Shown one piece after another: positions 18,361-28,768 of a stretch of 47,837 nt of DNA; within the stretch, counting starts at the first letter, position 1; each line of letters begins with the position of its first letter. The translations under genes were made by a program, and so were the position numbers. The notes beneath the pieces were generated by a model that was not told where the DNA came from, searched no databases, and saw nothing but the letters and a program-made list of their open reading frames with translations. Location of the stretch: contig JAZNIM010000045.1 of NCBI GenBank assembly GCA_045577475.1, positions 1 to 47,837 of the forward strand, given 5' to 3'. The stretch is from Eubacteriales bacterium (GTDB lineage Bacteria > Bacillota > Clostridia > Oscillospirales > CAG-382).

Positions 18361-18375
18361 TAAGGAGAAAAAACA

Positions 18376-20043
18376 ATGACAAACGAAGTAGTAAGCACAA
18401 ACTTTATACACAAAATTATTGACGAGGATATTGAAAACGGTCTGTCGGCACGTATCCACACACGTTTTCCTCCCGAACCCAACGGCTATCCTCACATCGG
18501 ACATTTAAAGGCTATCTGGATTAACTATTCCACAGCTCAGAAGTATAATGGTCTTTTCAATCTCAGATTTGACGACACCAACCCTTCCAAAGAGGGTGAC
18601 GAGTTCGTTGAAGCATTCATAAACGACCTTAAATGGCTGGGTATCACACCCGACAACATCTGCTTCGGCTCTGATTACTTTGACAAGTGCTATGAGTTTG
18701 CAGTAAAGCTTATAAAGGACGGCAAGGCATTCGTCTGCGACCTTACAAAGGAAGAAATTGACGAATACAGAGGTACTCTCAAAACCGCAGGTAAAAACAG
18801 TCCTTACAGGGACAGAAGCGTTGAAGAAAACCTCGACCTTTTTGAACGCATGAAGAACGGCGAATTTGCCGACGGTTCAAAAACCTTACGTGCAAAGATT
18901 GACATGTCAAGCCCCAACATGAACATGCGTGACCCTGTTATCTACAGAATTTTGCGTGCTCATCACCACAGAACAGGCGACACATGGTGCATTTATCCTC
19001 TCTACGACTATGCACACCCCATTCAGGATGCACTTGAGGGAATTACACACTCCCTTTGCGACGTTGAATTTGAGAATCACAGACCTCTTTACGAGTGGGT
19101 TATCAATAACATAGGCTTTGAATGTCCTCCCAAGCAGAGAGAATTTGCAAAGCTCAACATCACTCACACAAAAATAGGCAAGCGTTATTCCAAGGCTCTT
19201 ATTGAAAACGGCATCGCCGACGGCTGGGACGACCCAAGGCTTCCCACCCTTCGTGCTCTCAGAAGACGCGGCTATTCTCCCGAAGCACTCTTTAACTTTG
19301 TTCAGCTCTCAGGTATTTCCAAGGCTATGAGCCTTTGCGATTATGGTCTGCTTGAGCACTGCATGAGAGAAGAGCTTAACCTCACAGCACCCAGACGTAT
19401 GGCTGTTCTTGACCCCATTGAGGTTGAAATCACAAACTTTGAGGACGACAAGGTAGTATACTTTGACGTGGCAAACAATCCCGCCTCCGAAGAAGATGCA
19501 GGCACACGCAAGGTTGCATTTACAAAGCACCTTTATATCGAACGTGAGGACTTTTCCGACAATCCTCCTCCAAAGTATCAGAGAATGACTCTTGACAAGG
19601 AAGTGCGCTTTATGAGTGCATACGTTGTCAAATGTAACGAGGTGCTTTACAACGAGGACGGCTCCGTTAAAAAGCTGCTTTGCACCGTTGACCACGAAAC
19701 AGCAGGCTGCAATCCTCCCGACGGCAGAAAAATCAAGGGTACAATCCACTGGGTAAGCAAGGAATATGCAATTGATGCCGAGGTAAGGCTTTATGAAAAT
19801 CTCTTTACCTGCGAGGACACCGTTGTTATAAACATGGACAACTACAAGGATTACGTAAATCCCGATTCCATTAAGGTTATGAAGAACGCAAAGCTTGAAA
19901 AGTCCCTTTCCGAAGCAGACTGCCTTGACAAGTTCCAGTTTGTAAGAAACGGCTATTTCTGCTGCGATATTCACGACAAGCACGTATACAACAGAATTGT
20001 TACCTTAAAGGACAGCTTCGCAAAACTGCAGAAAAAGGACTGA
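18376..20043 (+). CDS. glnS: Glutamine--tRNA ligase
   Basis: TRFPPEPNGYPHIGH, RFDDTNP, MRDPVIYRI, GWDDPRLPT, KGTIHWVS and FQFVRNGYF motifs. Confidence 0.95.
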   Translation: MTNEVVSTNFIHKIIDEDIENGLSARIHTRFPPEPNGYPHIGHLKAIWINYSTAQKYNGLFNLRFDDTNPSKEGDEFVEAFINDLKWLGITPDNICFGSDYFDKCYEFAVKLIKDGKAFVCDLTKEEIDEYRGTLKTAGKNSPYRDRSVEENLDLFERMKNGEFADGSKTLRAKIDMSSPNMNMRDPVIYRILRAHHHRTGDTWCIYPLYDYAHPIQDALEGITHSLCDVEFENHRPLYEWVINNIGFECPPKQREFAKLNITHTKIGKRYSKALIENGIADGWDDPRLPTLRALRRRGYSPEALFNFVQLSGISKAMSLCDYGLLEHCMREELNLTAPRRMAVLDPIEVEITNFEDDKVVYFDVANNPASEEDAGTRKVAFTKHLYIEREDFSDNPPPKYQRMTLDKEVRFMSAYVVKCNEVLYNEDGSVKKLLCTVDHETAGCNPPDGRKIKGTIHWVSKEYAIDAEVRLYENLFTCEDTVVINMDNYKDYVNPDSIKVMKNAKLEKSLSEADCLDKFQFVRNGYFCCDIHDKHVYNRIVTLKDSFAKLQKKD

Positions 20044-20048
20044 TTTTA

Positions 20049-20735
20049 ATGCTACAGAAATTCTACGACAGGCTGAAAGACGACTTTTTACACAAAGGCT
20101 CGATAAATATCGTTTGTCTTGGTGACAGCATTACCGAAGGCTGCTTTGAGTTAGGCGTAAAAAAGCCGCTTGAAGCATATCCTGCAAAGCTTTTTAGGCT
20201 TCTCAAGGTGCTTTTTCCCGATGTGACCTTCAATGTTATAAATTCGGGCATCGGAGGAACTACCGCACGTTTTGCAATGACAAGAATTGAAAGGGACGTG
20301 CTAAGTTATCATCCCGACCTTGTCACCGTCGCCTTCGGTGTAAACGATTATATGGAGTATGATACCTACATTGAAAAGCTGGGACAGATTTTTGATACCC
20401 TGAATGAAAAGGGAATTCCCTGCATTTTCATGACGGAGCAGCCTATGAACACATATGTGGACGAGGAATATACCCCAAAAAAGTATTATGACTATGCACA
20501 CAAGACCGTTGATGTCATGAAGGACGGAATTCTTGACAAGGCTTTTGACGGTGCTATTGCACTTGCAAAGCAAAAGGGTATCAAGGTGTGCGACTCCTAT
20601 CACAAGTGGAAGAACATGACCTCTCACGGCGTTGACACAACCCGTCTTTTAGCTAACAGAATAAATCATCCCAACTGTGATATGCATGACTTTTTCGCTT
20701 ATTGGCTTGTTGAAACGCTGTTTTGCGAAGAATAA
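20049..20735 (+). CDS. SGNH/GDSL hydrolase
   Basis: GDSITEG, NSGIGG, FGVND and NHPN blocks. Confidence 0.85.
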   Translation: MLQKFYDRLKDDFLHKGSINIVCLGDSITEGCFELGVKKPLEAYPAKLFRLLKVLFPDVTFNVINSGIGGTTARFAMTRIERDVLSYHPDLVTVAFGVNDYMEYDTYIEKLGQIFDTLNEKGIPCIFMTEQPMNTYVDEEYTPKKYYDYAHKTVDVMKDGILDKAFDGAIALAKQKGIKVCDSYHKWKNMTSHGVDTTRLLANRINHPNCDMHDFFAYWLVETLFCEE

Positions 20736-20752
20736 ATGTAAGGAGAATAGAT

Positions 20753-21667
20753 ATGGCTATCAGAAATCTCGGTAAGAAAGTTAAAATCGGCGTTATCCAA
20801 GTGGATCATGTCCTTAATGAAAGCATGGAATCAAAGCAGGAACAGCTTATTGAGCTTGCAGAAAAGTGCCTTGAAGAAGGAGCAGAGCTTGTGTTCTTTC
20901 CCGAAGCGTTTCAGTACACCGGCTGTCGTGAGATAAAAAATGATCCCGAAAAGCTTGTGGCGGTTTCCTCTGCATGGAAAGAACGTTGCAGTGCACTTGC
21001 CAAAAAGTATAATGCTTATGTTGTTCCGTGGGACTATGAATATCGTGACGGCAAGGTATACAATTCTTCCTACATTCTTGACAGAAACGGTGTGGAAGTA
21101 GGACGTTACAGAAAATGTCAGCTTACCTACAGCGAAGAAATTATAGGCGGACTTACTCCCGGTGATGAAATTCCCGTGTTTGACCTTGACATAGGAAAAG
21201 TGGGAATTATGATTTGCTTTGACAACTATTTTCCCGAAACTGCAAGAGTTCTCGGCTTAAAGGGTGCAGAGCTTGTGCTTTATCCCCTTTACGGCGACAC
21301 ACTCAATCCCCAGTGGGAAATCAAAATGAAATCCCGTGCCATTGACAACAGTATGTACGTTGCTTCAAGCCAGATTGACATGACAAACGGCATACGTGAA
21401 GGAATTTCTTATTCGGGTATCGTTGATCCTGCAGGTCACACAATTTGCCGTCTTACCGAAAAGAAGAGCTATCAGGTTGTAGAAATCGTTATGGGAAAGC
21501 AGGTTCTTACCCACACAAACGGTGCTGTTGAGGACATTAAGCAGTATCTTCTCCGCCAGAGAAATCCCAAGGCATACGGCGAAATCGTCGCCGACAAGAA
21601 AAACCTTTGGGACTGGGATGATATCTACGACAAAGAAGATTTAGTCAAGAGGTACGGAACAAAATAA
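20753..21667 (+). CDS. Carbon-nitrogen hydrolase (nitrilase superfamily)
   Basis: E-K-C triad motifs FFPE, YRK and ICFD; ATG 20753 follows AAGGAG. Confidence 0.88.
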   Translation: MAIRNLGKKVKIGVIQVDHVLNESMESKQEQLIELAEKCLEEGAELVFFPEAFQYTGCREIKNDPEKLVAVSSAWKERCSALAKKYNAYVVPWDYEYRDGKVYNSSYILDRNGVEVGRYRKCQLTYSEEIIGGLTPGDEIPVFDLDIGKVGIMICFDNYFPETARVLGLKGAELVLYPLYGDTLNPQWEIKMKSRAIDNSMYVASSQIDMTNGIREGISYSGIVDPAGHTICRLTEKKSYQVVEIVMGKQVLTHTNGAVEDIKQYLLRQRNPKAYGEIVADKKNLWDWDDIYDKEDLVKRYGTK

Positions 21668-21697
21668 AAAAATTCGAGCCACAAGTGCTCGGTTAGC

Positions 21698-21731
21698 CAA
21701 AACGTCCACCAAACCACGGCGGACGTTTTTA
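21698..21731 (+). terminator. Intrinsic terminator
   Basis: AAAACGTCCACC...GGCGGACGTTTTT stem. Confidence 0.7.
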
Positions 21732-21832
21732 CTTTATTTAACGCAGAAAATTCCATTTTCATTTGTGTCCCAAGCAGAGAATAAACGGTAACGTAGTTCA
21801 TAACACTCGCACTATAGCCCATCGAGCGACAG

Positions 21833-21998
21833 CGGGCGATTCGCGGAGGTTTACGGGCGGCATCCTCAGTCTCCTTCTGTCAGTAAGCCGCCACGGCGTA
21901 GCCTCGACCTCTAAAGTCGAGGCGGTGAGTGGAAGCGTTTTTGCCTTCTTTTGACGCTTCGGTCAAAAGAAGGTCGACACCGCAGTGTCGAAATCCCT
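21833..21998. repeat. REP-like hairpin cluster related to repeat A/B
   Basis: Stems GGCGGC/GCCGCC, GCCTCGAC/GTCGAGGC, CCTTCTTTTGAC/GTCAAAAGAAGG and TCGACAC/GTGTCGA. Confidence 0.65.
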
Positions 21999-22134
21999 GC
22001 AACACATAAAACTAACTAAAAAACCAATAAGAAAGAATAAAAAAACACATTATTAAACATCAGGTATTTACTTTGACATAATTATATAGTATAATAACAT
22101 GATAAAATATGATTATAAGGAGAAGTATCTTGAT

Positions 22135-22665
22135 ATGAAAAAAACAGTTTTGACAGCACTTGCTGTTCTTGCAGTAAGTCTTTGCCTTGCTTCTTGTAAT
22201 AATAAAGAGCCTGAGGAAGGAAATATGCGTGTTACACCCGATAACGGAGGATATACTATTGAAGTTCCCGCTGATTGGGAGGTTTCACGAACAGACGGAA
22301 TGGTGGCTGTTTATAAACCCGATGATGCGTATAAGACAAATGTAACAGCTTATAAATTTGAAACAGGACTCAATGAAGCCGTTAGCTCTGTTGACTACTG
22401 GGAAATATATAAGGGTCAGTTTGAGGATACCTTTGCTCAAATGAACGTAAATAAAATTGAAGAAACCAAAATATCGGGTATTACCGCACAGCATGTTTTT
22501 TATACGGTGGATTTGGGACTTGACTCATTTAACTGTCAGACCGTTCTCGGCGTTTACGGCACAGATGTGTATGTTGTCACATTGACTCAGGGCGCACAGG
22601 CTGAGCAAAGTGAAGACTATACAGAGCTGTTCAAAGAAATAGTAAGCTCCTTTAAGGTACAATAA
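22135..22665 (+). CDS. Lipoprotein, DcrB/PsbP-like fold likely
   Basis: MKK plus hydrophobic stretch plus LASC lipobox; IEVPADW motif; C-terminal FKEIVSSFK. Confidence 0.65.
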   Translation: MKKTVLTALAVLAVSLCLASCNNKEPEEGNMRVTPDNGGYTIEVPADWEVSRTDGMVAVYKPDDAYKTNVTAYKFETGLNEAVSSVDYWEIYKGQFEDTFAQMNVNKIEETKISGITAQHVFYTVDLGLDSFNCQTVLGVYGTDVYVVTLTQGAQAEQSEDYTELFKEIVSSFKVQ

Positions 22666-22686
22666 AACAGTTAATGAGGTAGAAAA

Positions 22687-25524
22687 ATGTCAATAATTAC
22701 AAAAATATTCGGTACAAGAAGCGAGAGAGAAGTAAAGAAAATACTTCCCATCATTGATAAAATTGAATCCCTTGATGAAAAGTACAGTGCTATGAGCGAT
22801 AAAGAGCTTAGAGGAATGACGACTGTTCTAAAGGGCAGACTTGAAAAAGGAGAAACCCTTGACGATATTCTTCCCGATGCCTTTGCCACAGTCAGAGAAG
22901 CATCCTGGCGAGTGCTTGAAATGAAGCACTTCCGTGTTCAGCTCATAGGCGGTCTTATTATTCATCAGGGACGAATTGCGGAAATGAAAACAGGTGAAGG
23001 TAAAACCCTGATGGCTACCCTTCCCGCATATCTTAATGCACTTACAGGTAAGGGCGTTCACATCGTTACCGTAAACGACTACCTTGCACGCCGTGACAGC
23101 GAATGGATGGGTAAGGTTTATAATTATCTTGGCCTTTCCGTGGGACTTATCGTTCACGGTCTTACACAGGCTCAGAGAAAAGAAGCGTATGCAGCTGATA
23201 TTACCTACGGTACAAATAACGAATACGGCTTTGACTACCTGAGAGATAACATGGCTATCAACAAGGAAAGCCTTGTTCAGAGAGGTCATGCTTTTGCAAT
23301 CGTGGACGAGGTCGACTCCATCCTTATTGACGAAGCAAGAACTCCTCTTATCATTTCAGGCGAAGGCGATGCAAGTACTGATATGTACGCAAAGGCAGAC
23401 AAATTCGCCGCAGGTCTGAAGGTTCATGTAATCAAAGAGCTTGATAACAAGGAAGAACAGGATAACATCGACGGCGACTATATCGTTGACGAAAAGAAAA
23501 AAACGGTTGTTCTTACGGCAGAAGGCGTTAAGAAGGCTGAAAAGTACTTCGGTGTCGACAACCTTTCCGATACAGACAACATCACCCTGTCCAATCACAT
23601 CAACCTTGCAATCCGTGCAAGAGGTGCAATGAAAAACGACGTTGACTACGTTGTTAAGGACGGAGAAGTGCTTATTGTCGACACATTTACGGGAAGAATC
23701 ATGCTTGGCAGACGTTTTTCAAACGGTCTTCATCAGGCAATTGAAGCCAAGGAAGGCGTTAAAATCAAGAACGAGTCAAAAACGCTTGCAACCATCACCT
23801 TCCAGAATTTCTTCCGCCTTTACGGCAAGCTTTCGGGTATGACGGGTACGGCTCTTACCGAAGAAGAAGAATTTCAGGAAATATATAAGCTTGACGTTGT
23901 GGAAATTCCCACAAACCGTCCCATGCAGAGAAAAGACGAAAACGACGTGGTTTACCGCACGGTCAGAGGTAAGTACAACGCCATCGTTCAGCAGATTAAG
24001 GAATGTCACGAAAAGGGACAGCCTGTGCTTGTAGGTACTGTTTCCATCGAAAAGAGTGAACTGCTTTCTGCAATTCTTAATAAAAACGGCATACCTCACA
24101 CAGTGCTCAACGCAAAGTTCCATGAAAAGGAAGCCGAGATTGTTGCACAGGCAGGTAAATACGGTGCGGTTACCATTTCCACCAACATGGCAGGACGTGG
24201 TACTGACATTATGCTTGGCGGTAATGCGGAATACCTTGCAAAGAATGAGATGAAAAAGCAGGGCTATGAGCCTGAGCAGATAAATGTTGCAACAAGCTAC
24301 TTTGAAACGGATGACGAGGAAATAATTGCACTTCGTAAGACTTATTCCGAGCTTTATGCACGCTTTAAGGAAGAAATTGCACCTGAAGCAAAAAAGGTTC
24401 AGGAGGCAGGCGGTCTTTATATTCTCGGTACGGAAAGACACGAAAGCCGCCGTATAGACAACCAGCTTCGCGGTAGAGCAGGACGTCAGGGCGACCCCGG
24501 TGCTTCCCGCTTCTTCCTGTCACTTGAGGATGACCTTCTTCGCCTTTTCGGAAGTGAAAAAATCGCAGGCATGGTTGAACGCCTTGGACTTGACGAGGAT
24601 ACTCCCATTGATGCGGCAATTCTGTCGGGTACAATTGAAAACGCCCAAAAGCGTCTTGAATCCATGAACTTTGAAAGACGTAAGAACGTCCTTCTTTACG
24701 ATAACGTAATGAATCAGCAAAGAGAAGGCGTATACAAAAAGAGAGCCTCCATTTTGTCGGGTGACGACGTTAAGGAGCTTATTGACAAGTGGATTACGGA
24801 ATACGTTGAGCTGGGCTGTGAAAGCTTCCTTGTGGGAGAAACGGTTGAGGAATGGAATCTTGAAGGTTTACGAGGCTACTTCTACGGAATTCTTACGGAT
24901 GACAACGACTTCAAGTATGACGACAAGGAAATCCACAAGGTAACGGAAGATAAGATTATTGACGAGCTGTTAGAGCGTGCAAGAACAAAGTACGCCGAAA
25001 AGGAAGAATTGTTCCCCGACGGACGTCTGAGAGAAATCGAAAGAATTGTGCTTCTACGCAATATTGACCGCCGCTGGGTTGACCATATTGATGCAATGGA
25101 CGACCTTGAGGAAGGCATCGGACTTCGTGCATGGGGTCAGAAGGACCCTGTCAAGGAATACCAGTTTGAAGCAGACAACATGTTTGCTGAGATGAACGAT
25201 GCAATCAAGGAAGAAACCGTCAAGATGTTGCTTCAGGTAATGCCCGCTTCAACTGTAAGAGCTTCAAGTGCGCCGAGAGCAATGTCTGAAGCAAGAAAGG
25301 AAATGCCGACAGGTCCCGTTCCCGGCGGAATGACAGGCGGTGCACCCGTTTCAGCTCCCACACAGAGAGAAAACGTGTACGGCAAGGCGGCAACTCCCGA
25401 AAGAGAAAACAAGACTCCTTATATCAAGCCTATGTCCGAAAAGGTGGGAAGAAATGACCCCTGTCCCTGCGGAAGCGGCAAAAAGTACAAAAAGTGCTGC
25501 GGTGCAGGTAATTCGGAGGAATAA
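22687..25524 (+). CDS. secA: Preprotein translocase subunit SecA
   Basis: MKTGEGKT, DEVDSILIDEARTPLIISG, TNMAGRGTDI and the SEC-C motif GRNDPCPCGSGKKYKKCCG. Confidence 0.98.
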   Translation: MSIITKIFGTRSEREVKKILPIIDKIESLDEKYSAMSDKELRGMTTVLKGRLEKGETLDDILPDAFATVREASWRVLEMKHFRVQLIGGLIIHQGRIAEMKTGEGKTLMATLPAYLNALTGKGVHIVTVNDYLARRDSEWMGKVYNYLGLSVGLIVHGLTQAQRKEAYAADITYGTNNEYGFDYLRDNMAINKESLVQRGHAFAIVDEVDSILIDEARTPLIISGEGDASTDMYAKADKFAAGLKVHVIKELDNKEEQDNIDGDYIVDEKKKTVVLTAEGVKKAEKYFGVDNLSDTDNITLSNHINLAIRARGAMKNDVDYVVKDGEVLIVDTFTGRIMLGRRFSNGLHQAIEAKEGVKIKNESKTLATITFQNFFRLYGKLSGMTGTALTEEEEFQEIYKLDVVEIPTNRPMQRKDENDVVYRTVRGKYNAIVQQIKECHEKGQPVLVGTVSIEKSELLSAILNKNGIPHTVLNAKFHEKEAEIVAQAGKYGAVTISTNMAGRGTDIMLGGNAEYLAKNEMKKQGYEPEQINVATSYFETDDEEIIALRKTYSELYARFKEEIAPEAKKVQEAGGLYILGTERHESRRIDNQLRGRAGRQGDPGASRFFLSLEDDLLRLFGSEKIAGMVERLGLDEDTPIDAAILSGTIENAQKRLESMNFERRKNVLLYDNVMNQQREGVYKKRASILSGDDVKELIDKWITEYVELGCESFLVGETVEEWNLEGLRGYFYGILTDDNDFKYDDKEIHKVTEDKIIDELLERARTKYAEKEELFPDGRLREIERIVLLRNIDRRWVDHIDAMDDLEEGIGLRAWGQKDPVKEYQFEADNMFAEMNDAIKEETVKMLLQVMPASTVRASSAPRAMSEARKEMPTGPVPGGMTGGAPVSAPTQRENVYGKAATPERENKTPYIKPMSEKVGRNDPCPCGSGKKYKKCCGAGNSEE

Positions 25525-25526
25525 AA

Positions 25527-26135
25527 ATGGGCTTCGGACTTATATTCTTAGGCTGGATAACGCTGCTGTTCTTTAAGATACTGCCTGTGGGAATCCTCGG
25601 AGCATATCTTATGTACAGAGGTCTTAACAGGCTGTCGGAATACGGCGAAGGCTTTGTTAAGGCTAAAAAGTCATGCGTTGTGCTTTTTGGGTATTTCCTG
25701 CTTTTCGGTATTATGTGGGTGCTTGACATTTTGGGAGTATTCAGATTTACCGAAATTAAAGCATTGGTTTATGCGGATGAGGTGCTGTATTATGTAACAC
25801 TTCTTGCATTTTCCTATTTTCTGTACAAGGCACTGGGTGAGATTTCCCGTGAAACAGGCTTTGAAAAAGGTATTAAACGGGAACAGAAATGCATATCCCT
25901 GCTCATAGTTTTTGTAATATTTACAGCAGCTCGTGTGGTCAGCTATTTTTTGGGAATTGAGATGTATCTCAGACTGCCGATGCTTGTGTATGAGCTGTTC
26001 TGGCTGGGCTACAGCGCCATGTATATCTATTCCTGCTATATGATGATAGCAACTCAGGAAATTATTGACGACGAAAACAAAAAAATGCGTGAATACGACG
26101 AAAAGTATTCAATGCTTAAAAGAAAAAGGAAATAA
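25527..26135 (+). CDS. Hypothetical membrane protein
   Basis: About 6 hydrophobic segments; GGAGG RBS; coupled to secA. Confidence 0.75.
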   Translation: MGFGLIFLGWITLLFFKILPVGILGAYLMYRGLNRLSEYGEGFVKAKKSCVVLFGYFLLFGIMWVLDILGVFRFTEIKALVYADEVLYYVTLLAFSYFLYKALGEISRETGFEKGIKREQKCISLLIVFVIFTAARVVSYFLGIEMYLRLPMLVYELFWLGYSAMYIYSCYMMIATQEIIDDENKKMREYDEKYSMLKRKRK

Positions 26136-26164
26136 TCCGTTACGGCGGATTAGGAGGAATTTTT

Positions 26165-26563
26165 ATGTTAAGACAGGGACTTCTCGGTAAGGAACAGGCA
26201 ATTGTCAGCCACAGCAACAGTGCGGCGGCGGTGGGCAGCGGCTCACTTGAGGTGTTTTCAACCCCTTCAATGATAGCACTTATGGAAAGTGCGGCTGCTT
26301 CCAGCGTTAAAGGCCATCTTGAGCCCGGCAAAACCACGGTTGGCGTATCAATTGAGGCAAAGCACATATCCGCAACACCTCTCGGGATGATGGTTTTTTG
26401 CGAAAGCGAGCTTCTTGAGGTTGACGGCAAAAGACTTGTGTTCAAGATTACTGCCTTTGACAAACACGGAGAGATAGGCTCTGCAAGGCATGAAAGAATG
26501 ATAGTTGACGCAAAACGCTTTATGGAAAGAGCATCTGCAAAAAAGGAGCTAAAACATGAATAA
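26165..26563 (+). CDS. Hot-dog fold thioesterase (FlK-like)
   Basis: GSGSLEVFSTPSMIALME, TTVG and HISATPLG motifs. Confidence 0.88.
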   Translation: MLRQGLLGKEQAIVSHSNSAAAVGSGSLEVFSTPSMIALMESAAASSVKGHLEPGKTTVGVSIEAKHISATPLGMMVFCESELLEVDGKRLVFKITAFDKHGEIGSARHERMIVDAKRFMERASAKKELKHE

Positions 26564-27314
26564 GCCTTCGGAAAATCGCAGCAGAACAGTATCCGATGAA
26601 AAAAGAAAAGAAATAAAATCGGTTAAGGCAAAGGAAAAAAAGCTGGTAAAAAGGTTGATTCTTATCATATTTGCAGTGTTTATTCTTGTATCGGTGCTTT
26701 TGCTTGTTCTTGACAGGTGCGAAAAAAAGGCACAGGAAGCTGACGAACATGTTTCGGTTGAGCAGATACAAGAGGTTTATCCTTCCATAAACCCTTATCC
26801 TGCGGATTTTGACAAGGATTTGTCGGACTACAACCCCGACATCATGTACGAATTTGCTGACGGAAGCTCTTTTTCAATCAAGGATATTCCTGAAGACAAT
26901 CAGAATGAAGCTCACAGATTTTTCTTAAAATACTTTGATGCGCTGAAAAAGGGCAACACCGAGGCTTATGCTTCACTTTTCACAAAGTCCTACAAAAAGA
27001 ACCCCCGCGGCTTTGAAAAGGATTTTACAAGAAAATTCCCTCCGCAGGAGCTGTTCGATATAGAAGTAAGAGAGCTTATGAGAACAACCGACACCCGTGA
27101 AGAATACACCTATGAAGGCAAGAAATGCTTTTTTGGCTATTATATCGTAAGCTATAAAATTAATGAAAACGACGGCATGTTCAGACGTGATCTTTACGAC
27201 CGTGAAATAGTAAGACCTCTTATATTTGAGCTTGTAACCTTCAACAAGGATACAGCAAAGGAAGAAACCTATATTAAAAACATGTACACCGAAAGCAGTA
27301 TTCCCAAAGAATAA
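26556..27314 (+). CDS. Hypothetical membrane-anchored protein
   Basis: Basic N-terminus, single TM helix and soluble domain; overlaps upstream stop. Confidence 0.7.
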   Translation: MNKPSENRSRTVSDEKRKEIKSVKAKEKKLVKRLILIIFAVFILVSVLLLVLDRCEKKAQEADEHVSVEQIQEVYPSINPYPADFDKDLSDYNPDIMYEFADGSSFSIKDIPEDNQNEAHRFFLKYFDALKKGNTEAYASLFTKSYKKNPRGFEKDFTRKFPPQELFDIEVRELMRTTDTREEYTYEGKKCFFGYYIVSYKINENDGMFRRDLYDREIVRPLIFELVTFNKDTAKEETYIKNMYTESSIPKE

Positions 27315-27331
27315 TTTTAAAGGCGGTACAA

Positions 27332-28750
27332 ATGAAAAGCAGACTTATACTGATATTCGCAGGACTTGTATTTTTTTCAAATCCATGCTTTAACATGTTT
27401 GATATTCTCCCGGATTTTGTGGGTGCGGTGCTTGTTATGTGGGGGCTTTCAGGCTTTATATACTTTGACGCAAGCCTTGAGTCAGCACACAAAAGTGCAA
27501 AATATCTTTTTTGGATTTCAATTTTCAAGCTTGTTCTTTGCATGTGGTGCAATACGGGACACCGTGACTATATAATGCCCTTCACCTTCATAGCAGCCGT
27601 TCTTGAAGCGATATTCATGATATCAATGTTCAGAGGCTTGTATCTCGGTGCGGAATACACCCTGATGCGCAGCACCTCGAAGCAATCGCCAAAGGCTGTC
27701 AACGATGCTTTTACAATGTCCTTTATATTCACAATAGCAAGCAGAATACTTGAATTCGTTCCCCATATTGCGGATATTGCCGCACAGGATGCAGAGCTTG
27801 ACCTGAGCCACAAGGCTTCCTTTAAGATGCCAATGGCACAGATGAAGATATACCTGTTGGGTGCATGCCTCATATTCGGTCTTATTGTGGGACTGTTTTA
27901 TATTGCAGTAACCGCAAAGGCGTGGATAAAGCTTATACGGGACAAAGAATATAACGGCTTTCTCAAAGGCAAATACGAGGATTTTCTTAAAAATGACAGA
28001 GAAATATACGTCACACGAAGAATTTCCTTTGCATACACACTTATCACAGCATCCATGATATTTATTCCTGACTTTTACGTTGATGCGGTAAATCTCATTC
28101 CCACACTTATAACGGTGCTTTGCCTGTTGGGTGCAGCACATGTTCTTTGCTCACTTGACGGAAAAAGGACAAACGTATTGTACTTTTTTGCATGCATTGC
28201 AGCGGTGGTTGTGAACGGCTTATATATGTCAAGGGTTCATCTTGGCATAAACTACATCTGTTCCGTGGAAACCTTCAACAAGCAGGAGTTTTCCCTTTTG
28301 ACAAGCACCATGAGCATAACATATGCTCTTATTCTGTGTGCAGCCGAGGCAATTCTTGTATGGGGCGTTCTCAATTATGTACTAAGCGTAATGAAGGGCG
28401 TTTTTGAGAAGGAAAAGAGAAAAAATGTGCTCTCCCGACTGTTTGGAATGCGAATACTGTCAGCATTGACTCTTGTGCTTTTGGCACTTTCAAGAATTCT
28501 GACGGCAGTATGCGGTCACTTTGCAACACATCCCGATGTTACAAATTATATTAAAAACAAAGCATTTATAACAAGCGGCAAGGTTTACGAGGAAATGATT
28601 GCAAATCCCCTTGTTGCAAGATATGAGGATTTTGTGGGTTATCAGTCAATGGCGGCAATTGCATGTCTTATATGCCTGCTTTTGATGCTTGTTATATGCG
28701 TAAACATGAAAAGAGCTACCGAAGGCAGTGCAAACACAAGCGGATTATAG
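27332..28750 (+). CDS. Hypothetical polytopic membrane protein
   Basis: About 11 hydrophobic segments; DILPDFVG motif with an internal repeat. Confidence 0.75.
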   Translation: MKSRLILIFAGLVFFSNPCFNMFDILPDFVGAVLVMWGLSGFIYFDASLESAHKSAKYLFWISIFKLVLCMWCNTGHRDYIMPFTFIAAVLEAIFMISMFRGLYLGAEYTLMRSTSKQSPKAVNDAFTMSFIFTIASRILEFVPHIADIAAQDAELDLSHKASFKMPMAQMKIYLLGACLIFGLIVGLFYIAVTAKAWIKLIRDKEYNGFLKGKYEDFLKNDREIYVTRRISFAYTLITASMIFIPDFYVDAVNLIPTLITVLCLLGAAHVLCSLDGKRTNVLYFFACIAAVVVNGLYMSRVHLGINYICSVETFNKQEFSLLTSTMSITYALILCAAEAILVWGVLNYVLSVMKGVFEKEKRKNVLSRLFGMRILSALTLVLLALSRILTAVCGHFATHPDVTNYIKNKAFITSGKVYEEMIANPLVARYEDFVGYQSMAAIACLICLLLMLVICVNMKRATEGSANTSGL

Positions 28751-28768
28751 CGAAAAGAGAGAGTAGTT

